From NCBI GenBank assembly GCA_949297185.1, contig CASFRM010000006.1, forward strand, positions 16,374 through 80,373: 64,000 bases of DNA, given 5' to 3'. A program made the position numbers and the translations under genes. This DNA is from an uncultured Pseudomonadota bacterium. GTDB lineage: Bacteria > Pseudomonadota > Alphaproteobacteria > RF32 > CAG-239. The notes below the pieces were generated by a model, which saw nothing but the letters and a program-made list of their open reading frames with translations, was not told the DNA's origin and ran no database searches. Below, piece by piece: positions 18,816-28,112 of the stretch; position 1 is the stretch's first letter; each line of letters opens with the position of its first letter.

Positions 18816-19558
18816 GACAGCAACGCAACATAAGAATATATCTGGACAATAAATTAAAAACATCGGAACTTATTGAAGTATCCGAAGATTTGTCGCATTA
18901 TTTATGCAATGTAATGCGCTGTAATTATGGTGACATAATAAAATGTTTTAATTCGTCAGATGGTGAATATTCATGTCAAATAGTAAATATTGACAAGAAA
19001 AAAACCATAATCAAGGTCGTGGAAGAGCTTTCAAGACCAAAAGCAGTTCCAGACATATGGTTGCTTTTTGCTCCGTTAAAGAAAGACAAAACAGATTTTG
19101 TTATAGAAAAGGCTGTAGAGCTGGGAGTTAAGAAAATATTTCCGATTATAACATCATATACCAACACGGAAAAAGTTCGTCACGAAAGGTTTGTATCTCA
19201 AGCAAAAGAGGCGGCAGAACAATGCGGAAGATTTGATATCCCTGAGATATCATCAGAGTCTAAGCTGTCTCAAGTTTTGGCCGAATGGGACGATAACAGG
19301 ATATTATTTTTTATGGATGAAACCAGACAAGGTTATCCGATAGCAGAGCAATTTATTAAGCATTTATCAAAACCTGCGGCTATACTCATAGGTCCGGAAG
19401 GGGGATTCAGTGATGAAGAAAGACAGTTTCTTAATCAACAATCCTATGTAGTAAATGTAAATTTAGGTCCAAGGATTTTGCGAGCAGAAACAGCTGCGGC
19501 AGCATCATTGGCAATATGGCAATCTCTTTGCGGAGATTGGGCAAAAAAGAATGGCTAA
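18812..19558 (+). CDS. rsmE: 16S rRNA (uracil1498-N3)-methyltransferase
   Basis: RsmE-like length and motifs (HYLCNVMR, LFAPLKKDKTDFVIEKAVELGV, LIGPEGGFS, LGPRILRAETA). Confidence 0.9.
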   Translation: MRQQRNIRIYLDNKLKTSELIEVSEDLSHYLCNVMRCNYGDIIKCFNSSDGEYSCQIVNIDKKKTIIKVVEELSRPKAVPDIWLLFAPLKKDKTDFVIEKAVELGVKKIFPIITSYTNTEKVRHERFVSQAKEAAEQCGRFDIPEISSESKLSQVLAEWDDNRILFFMDETRQGYPIAEQFIKHLSKPAAILIGPEGGFSDEERQFLNQQSYVVNVNLGPRILRAETAAAASLAIWQSLCGDWAKKNG

Positions 19559-19589
19559 CACTAAGGACTAGAAGGAATATGGTAGAATA

Positions 19590-19937
19590 ATGACTAAAAT
19601 AAATCATAAACAATTGGGTGAATATCTTGATATTTTCGGTAAGAACACAATTCAAGGCTTGTTCAAAGATTATATGGCCTTATCGGCAAAGTCGTGGGAA
19701 ACCTTAGACAAAGTATCAGATGCTGAAAGATGTCGAGTTTTTCATTGTTGGAGGTCAAGTAGCTTGGTCTTTGGTATGGACGATTTTTCAAAGCTATGCA
19801 CCAAAATAGAAGATGATATGCTTAATAACCGTATGGCAAAAGTTCAAAAGCTCATTCCGGAAAGTCAAGATTGCTACCAAAAAAGCATCTTGAAAGTCAT
19901 AGAAATTTTGCAAGAGAGGGAAAATGACAACAAATAG
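19590..19937 (+). CDS. Hpt (histidine phosphotransfer) domain-like protein
   Basis: 115 aa, helical. FHCWRSSSLVFGMDDFSKLCTKIE fits the Hpt signature H-x2-(K/R)-(G/S)-S-x4-G...L...C..(I/L)E. Confidence 0.45.
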   Translation: MTKINHKQLGEYLDIFGKNTIQGLFKDYMALSAKSWETLDKVSDAERCRVFHCWRSSSLVFGMDDFSKLCTKIEDDMLNNRMAKVQKLIPESQDCYQKSILKVIEILQERENDNK

Positions 19938-20682
19938 CGCGGTAGTAAAACTTCCGGCATATATGGATATCACCTATGGCGATATTAAAAATGATATGTC
20001 CGGCCTGATGGCAATGGATAATGTTTTTTACTGCAAATTAAGGACACTTATGCAGTACAACAAGTTGGTTGATGCGGCGACAAAAGAAATCAAAATGAAC
20101 CAAAGCGTTTTGCAACTGGGGGTCGTTTTTGGAAATGAGCTTGATGAAGTTGCTCTATCAGCTGGATCATATGGACAGGTTGATATCGTTGACATCAATC
20201 CAATGCAGGTAAATCGTACCCTTGAAAAATATTGGAATATATATCCTTGTATGAAGGTTTTCAGACAAGATGCAGCAAAACTAAAATTAAAAAATTTCTA
20301 TGACAATGTACTGGTCTTTATGCTGCTTTCGGAAGTTCCTGCCGCAACCAAGAAAAAGATAGTTGATAATGCTCTTAAAATGGTTAAGCCGGGCGGAAAG
20401 GCGATATTTATAGATTGGCACAATCCGCTGTATTATCATCCGTTACGATATGTGGTTAGGATGTATAATCGTCTGTATAATCCGTTTGTTGAACCGCTAT
20501 GGGATCATGATATTGAAACCTATTCCGATACAAATTTGCGAAGACAATTTGTATGGCGTAAGAGTACTTACTTTGGCAGAATGTTTCAAAAAGTTGTTGC
20601 CGTACGCAAAACCGACGCCATCAATTCTGGAAAGACTTCGTCATCCATAAGTAAAGAAGAAAGCGAGCTATTTAATTTCTAG
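19924..20682 (+). CDS. Class I SAM-dependent methyltransferase, RquA-like (rhodoquinone biosynthesis candidate)
   Basis: The atypical motif I VLQLGVVFGNE and the C-terminal FIDWHNPLYYHPLRYVVRMYNRLYNPFVEPLW closely resemble my recollection of Rhodospirillum RquA (VLQxACVYG..., FVDYHRP..HPL...LEPF..LW). Confidence 0.55.
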   Translation: MTTNSAVVKLPAYMDITYGDIKNDMSGLMAMDNVFYCKLRTLMQYNKLVDAATKEIKMNQSVLQLGVVFGNELDEVALSAGSYGQVDIVDINPMQVNRTLEKYWNIYPCMKVFRQDAAKLKLKNFYDNVLVFMLLSEVPAATKKKIVDNALKMVKPGGKAIFIDWHNPLYYHPLRYVVRMYNRLYNPFVEPLWDHDIETYSDTNLRRQFVWRKSTYFGRMFQKVVAVRKTDAINSGKTSSSISKEESELFNF

Positions 20683-21648
20683 AATTTTTTCTGCGATTTC
20701 ATAAGCGGGATTAAGAATAGCTTTAGGTGTAAAGGGCTCGAAGTTTTCCTCTTCCAAGAGCCTTGCGTATCCGTCTTTCACCAAAGTCTCGGCAAAATTC
20801 AAGTGTTTAGGCAACAGCCAGTCGTTTCCCTTAAACAGAAAAACAGGTTTTCCGGTTTCGCAAGCTTCCGAACACATTGAAACTGAATCGGCTGTTGCGA
20901 TAACAAAATCGGAACACGCATAAAATCCCATAATTGGATTTTCTTTTTGCTCACCCCACAAGTAGGTATACATAGGGATATCTTTAAGCTGACCGAGTAA
21001 TAATTTCTCCGCATCTTCGCCGGTTCTTCTGGATGTCGTTAAGAGAAAGGAACCTCCGAACTTTTCATGAAATTTTTTTAATAAATCAGCTAATTTGGAT
21101 ATGTTTTCAGTCGGATAAGGTTTCCCTTTAATTCGTCCTCCGATAATAACCGTAGTCCAAGGTTTAGGTAAATTCGCAAAAACAGGCTCCCACCTATCTT
21201 TTTCTGCTTGCAAAAGTTTGTTCGTAATTTGCGTAGGAGCGCCAAGAATAACCATTGCATTTGGTTTTTGCTGTTTTTTCGAACGGTCATGAGATGGAAT
21301 TACCACTAATTCCATATCCTTAATGCCGATTCCCCCGCTGGGATACATTAGCTGTACAATTTTTACCGAGTTATTAGATTTTTTTCTGATATATCTAGCT
21401 ACCGGCACTGTTCTTCTGGAAGAAGACAAAACAATATCCGGATAAGGAGGGTTAAGATCAGAAGATTTTTCTTTATCTACTCCGAGCAGAGATCTGCCTC
21501 TTATCCAATTAGGAAACCAACCATGCTCAGTATACACAATATTCTTTTCGACTATATTCATTCGCTCGCCTATAGCCGTAACAATGCCCATTGTTTGGTT
21601 GACACTACCCTTTCTGTCATCAAGCAATAGCCAGATAGTCTTTTTCAT
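20668..21648 (-). CDS. ELM1/DUF1022-family putative glycosyltransferase
   Basis: 326 aa. N-terminal IWLLLDDRKGSVNQTMGI and overall layout match the mitochondrial-fission ELM1 family. Convergent 15-nt overlap with the upstream methyltransferase gene. Confidence 0.65.
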   Translation of the reverse strand: MKKTIWLLLDDRKGSVNQTMGIVTAIGERMNIVEKNIVYTEHGWFPNWIRGRSLLGVDKEKSSDLNPPYPDIVLSSSRRTVPVARYIRKKSNNSVKIVQLMYPSGGIGIKDMELVVIPSHDRSKKQQKPNAMVILGAPTQITNKLLQAEKDRWEPVFANLPKPWTTVIIGGRIKGKPYPTENISKLADLLKKFHEKFGGSFLLTTSRRTGEDAEKLLLGQLKDIPMYTYLWGEQKENPIMGFYACSDFVIATADSVSMCSEACETGKPVFLFKGNDWLLPKHLNFAETLVKDGYARLLEEENFEPFTPKAILNPAYEIAEKILEIK

Positions 21649-21748
21649 ATATGATAACTCTCAAAAAATCATAGTAAATCGATTCTAATGACTGTAGTAT
21701 AAAGCTAATCGAAATTAAAACAATATCAAATAAAAGAGAGGTTTATAA

Positions 21749-22051
21749 GTGAAGTTTATCGGTATTCTTTTATGCAGCATGGTGCTTTTTTGCAGCGTAG
21801 CAAAAGCGCAACTTTCCGCCCAAAAAGAGGCAGCCTATATGGCAACCTTGAAAGCGGTGGTCGACTATAAAATTAATGATGAAGAAAACTATAGAGATAT
21901 AGAAGAGCTGCGCGAAAACAAAAGATTTAACGAAGATTTGCTGAGAATGCTCAGTAAGCTGTCTAACCGTCGCACTAAAAACTCGACTAATTCCAGAGTA
22001 TATAAAATATTGCTCAAAGCCGGTAAAGACATCTACAACGAGCTTAATTAA
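21749..22051 (+). CDS. Hypothetical small secreted protein (100 aa)
   Basis: GTG start preceded by an AGAGAGG RBS. Signal peptide MKFIGILLCSMVLFCSVAKA. Confidence 0.5.
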   Translation: MKFIGILLCSMVLFCSVAKAQLSAQKEAAYMATLKAVVDYKINDEENYRDIEELRENKRFNEDLLRMLSKLSNRRTKNSTNSRVYKILLKAGKDIYNELN

Positions 22052-22111
22052 TAGTTATTTAACTTGGCATCGGTACAATACTAATATGCTAATTGCAAGA
22101 GGGTGATGGCA

Positions 22112-22270
22112 ATGGATAAGGAACAAATAAACAAGTTTAAGATGAGTATCGACAATATGCGCGCCAAGGTCATACAAGCTAAAGGTGAAAGCGTCGAAGG
22201 ATTAAGCAAGTTGCCGGTGATGGACAAATCAAAAATAGTAAAAAAATCAAAAGAATTGGAGAATAACTGA
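22112..22270 (+). CDS. Small hypothetical protein (52 aa; not in the ORF track)
   Basis: ATG at 22112 sits 8 nt after AGAGGG. The stop overlaps the next start (TGATG at 22268-22272), suggesting translational coupling. Confidence 0.35.
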   Translation: MDKEQINKFKMSIDNMRAKVIQAKGESVEGLSKLPVMDKSKIVKKSKELENN

Positions 22271-22560
22271 TGTTAAAAGCTGCTTTATCCTTTGCCGCGT
22301 TATTAGTGTTGGCTGCTTGCTCAACAGAACCCAAAGAAGAGATAATTATGGAGCCTCAATACAATTATTTGGTAGATAATATGGTCGTTATTGAACAAAG
22401 CTCCCGCCATGTGATATACGAATATCGCGATGTCAGAATAGACGAGGTTGCGCCTGTCGCCGCTGTGTATTGTCTTAACCAAGGCAACAAACAGGCTACA
22501 CTGTACAATATAACTTTGCGTCCGGATAATCGTCGCCGCGCTACTTTTGTTTGCGAATAA
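22270..22560 (+). CDS. Hypothetical lipoprotein (96 aa)
   Basis: Lipobox LAAC (MLKAALSFAALLVLAAC). Confidence 0.55.
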   Translation: MLKAALSFAALLVLAACSTEPKEEIIMEPQYNYLVDNMVVIEQSSRHVIYEYRDVRIDEVAPVAAVYCLNQGNKQATLYNITLRPDNRRRATFVCE

Positions 22561-22572
22561 TGGTCGGCCTCT

Positions 22573-22601
22573 CTTGCAAAGCCTTTTTTGTTACCCTATA
22601 T
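22573..22601 (+). promoter_or_regulatory. Candidate RpoH-type promoter of the cbpA-like gene
   Basis: CTTG (22573-22576), an 18-nt spacer, then CCTATAT (22595-22601), 38 nt upstream of the ATG. Confidence 0.4.
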
Positions 22602-22638
22602 AAAATATAAGGGATATAAGGAGGGGTTAGATTAAACG

Positions 22639-23562
22639 ATGGTCAAAAATCTTTATCAGGTATTAGGCGTCAACAAAGATGCCTCAGAAAATGAAATAAA
22701 ATCAGCATACAGAAAGCTCGCTCGCAAATATCATCCGGACTTAAACAAAGATGATAAAACTGCAGCTGAAAAGTTTAAGGAGATTTCTTGTGCTTATGAT
22801 ATCTTAGGCGATAAAGAGAAGCGCAAGAAATACGATAATAACGAAATAGATGCCGACGGCAAACCTACAGGATTTGGAGCAGGCGGTTTCGGAGGCGGAT
22901 TCGGCGGTGGCAATTACCGTACCTATACTCAAGAAGGATTCGGCCCGCAAGGTGCAGAGTTTGATTTTTCATCTATTTTCGGAGATGACATATTCTCGGC
23001 TTTTGGCGGACGTGGCGGAGCCAGAGGTTTTGGTGGCGGCTTCGGTGGACAACCCAGAGCCAGAAAAGGCGCGGATATTAATTACACCATGAAAATAGAT
23101 TTTCTTTCCGCAGTTCTGGGCAGTGAGCAAAATGTTAATATCGGTGGCAAAAAGATAAATGTCAAAATACCTGCCGGCACGGTTGACGGTCAAACACTGC
23201 GACTAAAAGGACTGGGAGAGGCTGGTATAAACGGCGGAGCTGCCGGCGATGTTATGATAACCCTAAATGTTATGCCGCACCCGTATTTCAAGCTCGACGG
23301 TAAAAACATATTGCTGGAATTGCCCATAAGTTTAAAAGAGGCTGTGCTGGGGGCAAAGATAACGGTTCCTACCATAAGTGGCAAAGTAATGCTTACTATT
23401 CCTTCATACGCCTCAAACGGCGAAAAAATGCGTCTTAAAGGAAAGGGAATTAAAGGCGGCGACCAAATTATTACCCTAAAAGTAATCACCCCGCAAAACA
23501 AGAGTGCAGAATTAGAAAAAGCGCTCTCTGCTATGCCCGATGAAAAGGTGCGCAATTTTTAA
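22639..23562 (+). CDS. cbpA: DnaJ-family co-chaperone lacking the zinc finger (CbpA-like)
   Basis: J domain (YHPDLNKDD), a G/F-rich linker and DnaJ C-terminal domains. No CxxCxGxG repeats. Confidence 0.82.
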   Translation: MVKNLYQVLGVNKDASENEIKSAYRKLARKYHPDLNKDDKTAAEKFKEISCAYDILGDKEKRKKYDNNEIDADGKPTGFGAGGFGGGFGGGNYRTYTQEGFGPQGAEFDFSSIFGDDIFSAFGGRGGARGFGGGFGGQPRARKGADINYTMKIDFLSAVLGSEQNVNIGGKKINVKIPAGTVDGQTLRLKGLGEAGINGGAAGDVMITLNVMPHPYFKLDGKNILLELPISLKEAVLGAKITVPTISGKVMLTIPSYASNGEKMRLKGKGIKGGDQIITLKVITPQNKSAELEKALSAMPDEKVRNF

Positions 23563-24137
23563 TGATTTTAGACAATGTAAAAGATTTTAGCTGGTATAAT
23601 GACCCTCTCAATGTCAGATTTGTTGAGGAGGGTATGCTTATTGAAGCCGCAGCGCGAACCGATTTTTGGCAAAACAGCGATATCAACTTCCACAAAGATA
23701 ACGGTCATATTTTTGCTCGCGCAACCGAGGGCGATTTTATGTCTTCTTGCGGGTGGTGCTTTCCGACTGTAAAAGAAGGAGGTCAATGCGGAATTATAGT
23801 TCGCGGCGATAGCCAGAATTGGATAAAAGCCGGCCTTATGCCCACGGCAGATAATTTAGTGCAAATAGGCGTGGTCGTATCTAATCAAGGCTCCTGCGAC
23901 TGGTCTATTGTGAATTTGCCGTCAGATTGTCGCAGGTTATGGTTTAAGCTGCGTAGAAGAGGGCAGGATTTTGTCGTCTTGTACTCATTGGACGGCAATG
24001 TTTATGTTCAAGCCCGTATGGTACATCATTCCCGCATACCCAGTTTGAGCGATGTAGGAGGGTTCGTCTGCTCTTCAAAGTCCGAAAGTTTCGAAAGTAT
24101 TTTAACCGATATTGCAATAGATGAAATTAAGGCTTAA
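23562..24137 (+). CDS. DUF1349 (concanavalin-A-like lectin/glucanase fold) protein
   Basis: 191 aa. FSWYNDP...FVEEGMLIEAAARTDFWQ and later motifs match the DUF1349 family. The start overlaps the cbpA-like stop (TAATG). Confidence 0.65.
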   Translation: MILDNVKDFSWYNDPLNVRFVEEGMLIEAAARTDFWQNSDINFHKDNGHIFARATEGDFMSSCGWCFPTVKEGGQCGIIVRGDSQNWIKAGLMPTADNLVQIGVVVSNQGSCDWSIVNLPSDCRRLWFKLRRRGQDFVVLYSLDGNVYVQARMVHHSRIPSLSDVGGFVCSSKSESFESILTDIAIDEIKA

Positions 24138-24769
24138 TTTTCGACAAACGAAGCTATTTCCGCCCTTAAAAAATCGATTCCATAGTTTTTTTCCGAGCTT
24201 GTAGTTAAGACGCGGACATAGGCCGCCGGATGTTTTTTTATTTTTTCTTGAGTTTCGTGCAGCACTTTTTCCAAATTACCTTTACCGACCTTATCTTGTT
24301 TTGTCAGAACAATTTGATAGGTAACCGCAGCTTTATCAAGCATATCCATGATTTCTTCGTCAACTTTTTTTATGCCGTGACGAGAGTCAATCAACAAGAA
24401 CACTCTTTTAAGATTTACTCTGCCTTTAAGGTAAGCAAAAATAACCTGCTGCCACTGTTTAACCTGAGCCTCCGGTGCCTGCGCAAAACCATACCCTGGA
24501 AGGTCAACAATGTGGATTTTATCATCCAAATTAAAAAAATTAAGTTGTTGCGTGCGTCCCGGAGTATTAGATGTTTTAGCCAGATTTTTCTTTCCGCTTA
24601 AGGCATTTATTATGCTTGATTTTCCAACATTCGAGCGGCCGGCCAAAGCCACCTCCGGCAGCTCCGATAACGGCAACTGATTCAAATTTGCCACACCCAG
24701 CACAAAAGAAATGTCCTTCTTAAACAAGGCATTGGCTTGTTTTAATTGCTCGTCTGAAAAATCATCCAT
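24134..24769 (-). CDS. engB: Ribosome biogenesis GTP-binding protein YihA/EngB
   Basis: G1 GRSNVGKSS, G3 DLPGYG, G4 TKQDK. Confidence 0.93.
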   Translation of the reverse strand: MDDFSDEQLKQANALFKKDISFVLGVANLNQLPLSELPEVALAGRSNVGKSSIINALSGKKNLAKTSNTPGRTQQLNFFNLDDKIHIVDLPGYGFAQAPEAQVKQWQQVIFAYLKGRVNLKRVFLLIDSRHGIKKVDEEIMDMLDKAAVTYQIVLTKQDKVGKGNLEKVLHETQEKIKKHPAAYVRVLTTSSEKNYGIDFLRAEIASFVEN

Positions 24770-26454
24770 TAATCAACTCCGACCTTTTTCATAATGACCC
24801 GTTGTTGAATAATTGACAGCACATTACTCAAAGTCCAGTAGATAACCAAACCGGCGGCAAAGTGTCCCAACATAAATGTAAATATCACCGGCATCAGTGC
24901 AAACATTCTAGCCTGATCCTTATTAGCAGGTTTGGGTGATAATTTTTGTTGAATGTACATGGTAACACCCATCAATATCGGCCATACGCCAAGGTCTAAA
25001 AGCGACGGGATAGGAATACCTGTCATTGCCGACAAAGTCATCGGATCCGGAGCCGACAAGTCCTTAATCCAAGCAATAAATGGAGCATGACGAATTTCAA
25101 TAGCGATATTAAGCACCTTGTACAAAGAGAAGAATACCGGAATTTGAATAAGCATCGGCAAACAACCCGAAGCCGGATTAATTTTTTCTTTTTTGTAGAG
25201 GTTCATCATCTCTTGTTGCAAGCGCATTTTGTCATCTTTGTAGGTTTCTTGCAAAGCCATTATTTTAGGCTGAACCTTTTTCATCTTAGACATACTCTCA
25301 TAAGATTTGTTTGCAATCGGGAACATAACCAATCTGAGCAATACGGCAAACAAGATAATTGCCCAGCCCATATTACCTATGAAATGATACAAGAAATCCA
25401 GAATATAGAAGAACGGTTTGGTTAAGAAATAATACCACCCAAAATCAACCGCTAAATCAAACTTTTCGATATTTAAGTTTTTGGTGTATTTATCCAATAA
25501 GGCAATTTCCTTAGCACCGGCAAAGAATTTTACGCTGTTTGTGCCGACCGAGCCGTTTGCAACCACCACCGGAGCACCTACATAATCAGCCTGATAGGTG
25601 TTGTCGTCGGTTTTGCTGAATTTTACCTTGTTTTGCGAATTAGCATCACCAAGAATGATTGCCGAAAACCAATACCTCTCGCCAAATCCGAGCCAGCCGG
25701 AAGCGGTCTCAAACTTTTCGGATTCACCTTTATCAAGGTCTTTGGGCTTAATTTCTTTAAGGTTAGAATCAACGACCCCGAGCAAACCTTCGTGTACTAC
25801 TGCAGAAGTGCTGTTTTGCGGAGTGTAGACTTTGTTTACTAGACCATAAGGATACAAAGTAACTGATTTCCCGGAGTTGTTCTCAACAATTTGCTCAACA
25901 TTAAACATATAATTTTTATCAAGCGAAATACGGCGTACAAACTTCAAGCCTTGGCCGTTATTCCATTCCAGAGTAATCGAAGTTTCCGGAGTTAATTTTG
26001 AGCCGACAAGTTTCCAATTGGTTTGTGCATTTGGCAACTTGATATTAGGATTATTGCTGAGCCAGCCAAATTCGGCATAATAAGGATTTTCGGTTTTTGC
26101 CGGAGTTAAAAGGCGTACATCTGCACTGTCGGGATTGATGGTTTCTTTATATTTGCTCAAAAGCAAATCATCAAATCTGGCACCTTTAAGTCTGATAGAG
26201 CCCACGATATTTGCATTGGCAATATCAACGCGCTTATCTTCATCCAATGCCTCATTTGCAGATAAAACCGCAGCTTTTTCAGATTCCGTGGCTTTTAGTT
26301 CTTTGGCCTCAGGTTGTACTTCGGCAACCACTTCCGAAGAGTCGGTTGCAGGCTGAGAGCCACTGGGCCACAACCAATTAACGGCCAAGATGGCAATGGT
26401 AGAAAGAATAATAGCAGTATAAAGTCCTTTAATTTCGTCTTTCATTTTATTCAC
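24769..26454 (-). CDS. yidC: Membrane protein insertase YidC
   Basis: 561 aa. Large periplasmic domain plus a conserved C-terminal 60-kDa IMP core (GCLPMLIQIPVFFSLY). Confidence 0.95.
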   Translation of the reverse strand: MNKMKDEIKGLYTAIILSTIAILAVNWLWPSGSQPATDSSEVVAEVQPEAKELKATESEKAAVLSANEALDEDKRVDIANANIVGSIRLKGARFDDLLLSKYKETINPDSADVRLLTPAKTENPYYAEFGWLSNNPNIKLPNAQTNWKLVGSKLTPETSITLEWNNGQGLKFVRRISLDKNYMFNVEQIVENNSGKSVTLYPYGLVNKVYTPQNSTSAVVHEGLLGVVDSNLKEIKPKDLDKGESEKFETASGWLGFGERYWFSAIILGDANSQNKVKFSKTDDNTYQADYVGAPVVVANGSVGTNSVKFFAGAKEIALLDKYTKNLNIEKFDLAVDFGWYYFLTKPFFYILDFLYHFIGNMGWAIILFAVLLRLVMFPIANKSYESMSKMKKVQPKIMALQETYKDDKMRLQQEMMNLYKKEKINPASGCLPMLIQIPVFFSLYKVLNIAIEIRHAPFIAWIKDLSAPDPMTLSAMTGIPIPSLLDLGVWPILMGVTMYIQQKLSPKPANKDQARMFALMPVIFTFMLGHFAAGLVIYWTLSNVLSIIQQRVIMKKVGVD

Positions 26455-26529
26455 AAAACCCTAATAGAAATTAACAAATTGAGTAAAAGTTATTACAAAA
26501 ACGGCTTTTAAGCAAGGATATATAAGCAA

Positions 26530-26760
26530 TTATCCGTTTTTATTTTTCGGCGGCACGGGGTCATAACCGCTTCCGCCCCAAGGGTGGCAACGCAAAATGC
26601 GCTTTATGCCCAAAACAGACCCTTTTATCACTCCGTGCACCTGCAGAGCTTCGATAAAATATTCCGAGCAAGAAGGCTTGTAGCGGCATACATTCGGCAA
26701 TAACGGGGAGATTATTTTTTGATAAAATTTTATTGCGGCAATCATAAGTTTTTTAATCAT
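26530..26760 (-). CDS. yidD: Membrane protein insertion efficiency factor YidD
   Basis: 76 aa with [10 protein letters not shown] and [14 protein letters not shown] motifs. Confidence 0.9.
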   Translation of the reverse strand: MIKKLMIAAIKFYQKIISPLLPNVCRYKPSCSEYFIEALQVHGVIKGSVLGIKRILRCHPWGGSGYDPVPPKNKNG

Positions 26761-27125
26761 TTTGCCTCATTTTTCATATTGATTTGGCTGTTTATGTCTT
26801 TGATAGCCTCGGTTAATTTTTTAACCAGATAAGCAAAATTCAAATCTGCGGTATTATGCCTTCCGATAAGCACATATTTAGCACCGGCCACGGCATTAAG
26901 CGGTAATACGTTTTGAGCAGCGGCTCGCAATCTGCGTTTTACGCGATTCCTGATATGTGCCTTTCCGAGTTTTTTGGTTGCGGTATATCCGACAAAACAA
27001 ATATCCTCATTGTTGTTATCGGGCAAAGTAAAAGCCGCCTGAACGACCACACCGTTAACAACGGCTTTGAGTTCACTGGCGGCTTTAAGAAAATCTCTGC
27101 GTTTTTTTAATGTAAAAACTTTCAT
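26757..27125 (-). CDS. rnpA: Ribonuclease P protein component
   Basis: The internal ATG at 27125 ([13 protein letters not shown]...) was chosen because the longer tracked ORF (to 27224) would overlap rpmH. Position between rpmH and yidD is conserved. Confidence 0.85.
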   Translation of the reverse strand: MKVFTLKKRRDFLKAASELKAVVNGVVVQAAFTLPDNNNEDICFVGYTATKKLGKAHIRNRVKRRLRAAAQNVLPLNAVAGAKYVLIGRHNTADLNFAYLVKKLTEAIKDINSQINMKNEAK

Positions 27126-27135
27126 ATCGCGGTTA

Positions 27136-27270
27136 TTAAGCAGAAAGTTTTTTACGATTATGAGCGCGACGAGCAGCCAACACTTTACGACCGCCGGCAG
27201 TAGCCATGCGAGCGCGGAAACCATGACGGCGAGCTCTAACCAATTTAGAAGGTTGATATGTGCGTTTCAT
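27136..27270 (-). CDS. rpmH: 50S ribosomal protein L34 (not in the ORF track, 44 aa)
   Basis: The minus-strand translation [44 protein letters not shown] is canonical L34. Confidence 0.95.
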   Translation of the reverse strand: MKRTYQPSKLVRARRHGFRARMATAGGRKVLAARRAHNRKKLSA

Positions 27271-27371
27271 ATTTTTTCTCCGGTTAATTATTGTTATTTA
27301 AAGCTCCGGTAAAACGAGCCGGAGTCCTCGGACAAGAGCTTTATAAAGCCAAAAGCCTATTCTGTCAACAC

Positions 27372-28112
27372 CTAAATTGCCTCGCCGGCACGCAAGATTT
27401 TTTCGGCATAATCGGAGTAAGAGCCATCGTCGTTATGAACCAAAATTGCCGGATGGATTACGAGCGGTGCCTTAGAATCTTTTTGTGCTCTGACAATAAC
27501 TCTTTTAGCATTTTGCTCTGTTTTTGAATAAAGCGGAAAAATTTCGATTCCGCCGAGCTTGCCGCTGATGGTGGTTATGATGTTTTCCAAAGCCTCAGCG
27601 CGATTTATCATATAAAAATACCCTTTGGGCTTAATCATTTTTATGCAAAATTCAATCCACTTTTTTAGCGAAGCATTGCTAAAGTTGTGAGCGGTTGCTT
27701 TGCTCTTGTTAGGCGAGGGCATATCATCTTCGGCGTATGGAGGATTGGTAATTACATGGGCAAAGGAGCAGGGTTCAATTTTGCACTCAAAAATATTGTT
27801 GTTTATGATGTTAACAAAGCCAAAATCATTTTCTTTGGCGCTCATTTGTGCTGCTTCTGCCAACAGCGGCTGGATTTCAATTCCGGTAATACTAATATCT
27901 TGAGATTTTAACCTATGAGCCAAACACAAAGATATCGCACCGGTACCGCAGCCCACATCAAGAATATTATCTCCTTTTTTTACTTTAGTTACGGCTGATG
28001 CTAACCATACTGCATCAGAAGAGGCTCTGTACCCGTCTTCCGGCTGAAATATAGCCACCTTTTGGTCGAGCAGATAGTTCCGGCTGAATTTTTCCATCAC
28101 ATTTATTTCCAT
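27372..28112 (-). CDS. N6-adenine methyltransferase, TrmN6/YfiC-like (methyltransferase small domain)
   Basis: SAM motif VGCGTGAIS and catalytic NPPY (VITNPPYAED). Confidence 0.72.
   Translation of the reverse strand: MEINVMEKFSRNYLLDQKVAIFQPEDGYRASSDAVWLASAVTKVKKGDNILDVGCGTGAISLCLAHRLKSQDISITGIEIQPLLAEAAQMSAKENDFGFVNIINNNIFECKIEPCSFAHVITNPPYAEDDMPSPNKSKATAHNFSNASLKKWIEFCIKMIKPKGYFYMINRAEALENIITTISGKLGGIEIFPLYSKTEQNAKRVIVRAQKDSKAPLVIHPAILVHNDDGSYSDYAEKILRAGEAI

Noticed and set aside
26757-27224. Long form (155 aa) of rnpA
   Set aside because: The N-terminal 33 codons overlap rpmH in another frame and encode a hydrophobic peptide absent from RnpA. The internal ATG at 27125 gives the canonical protein.
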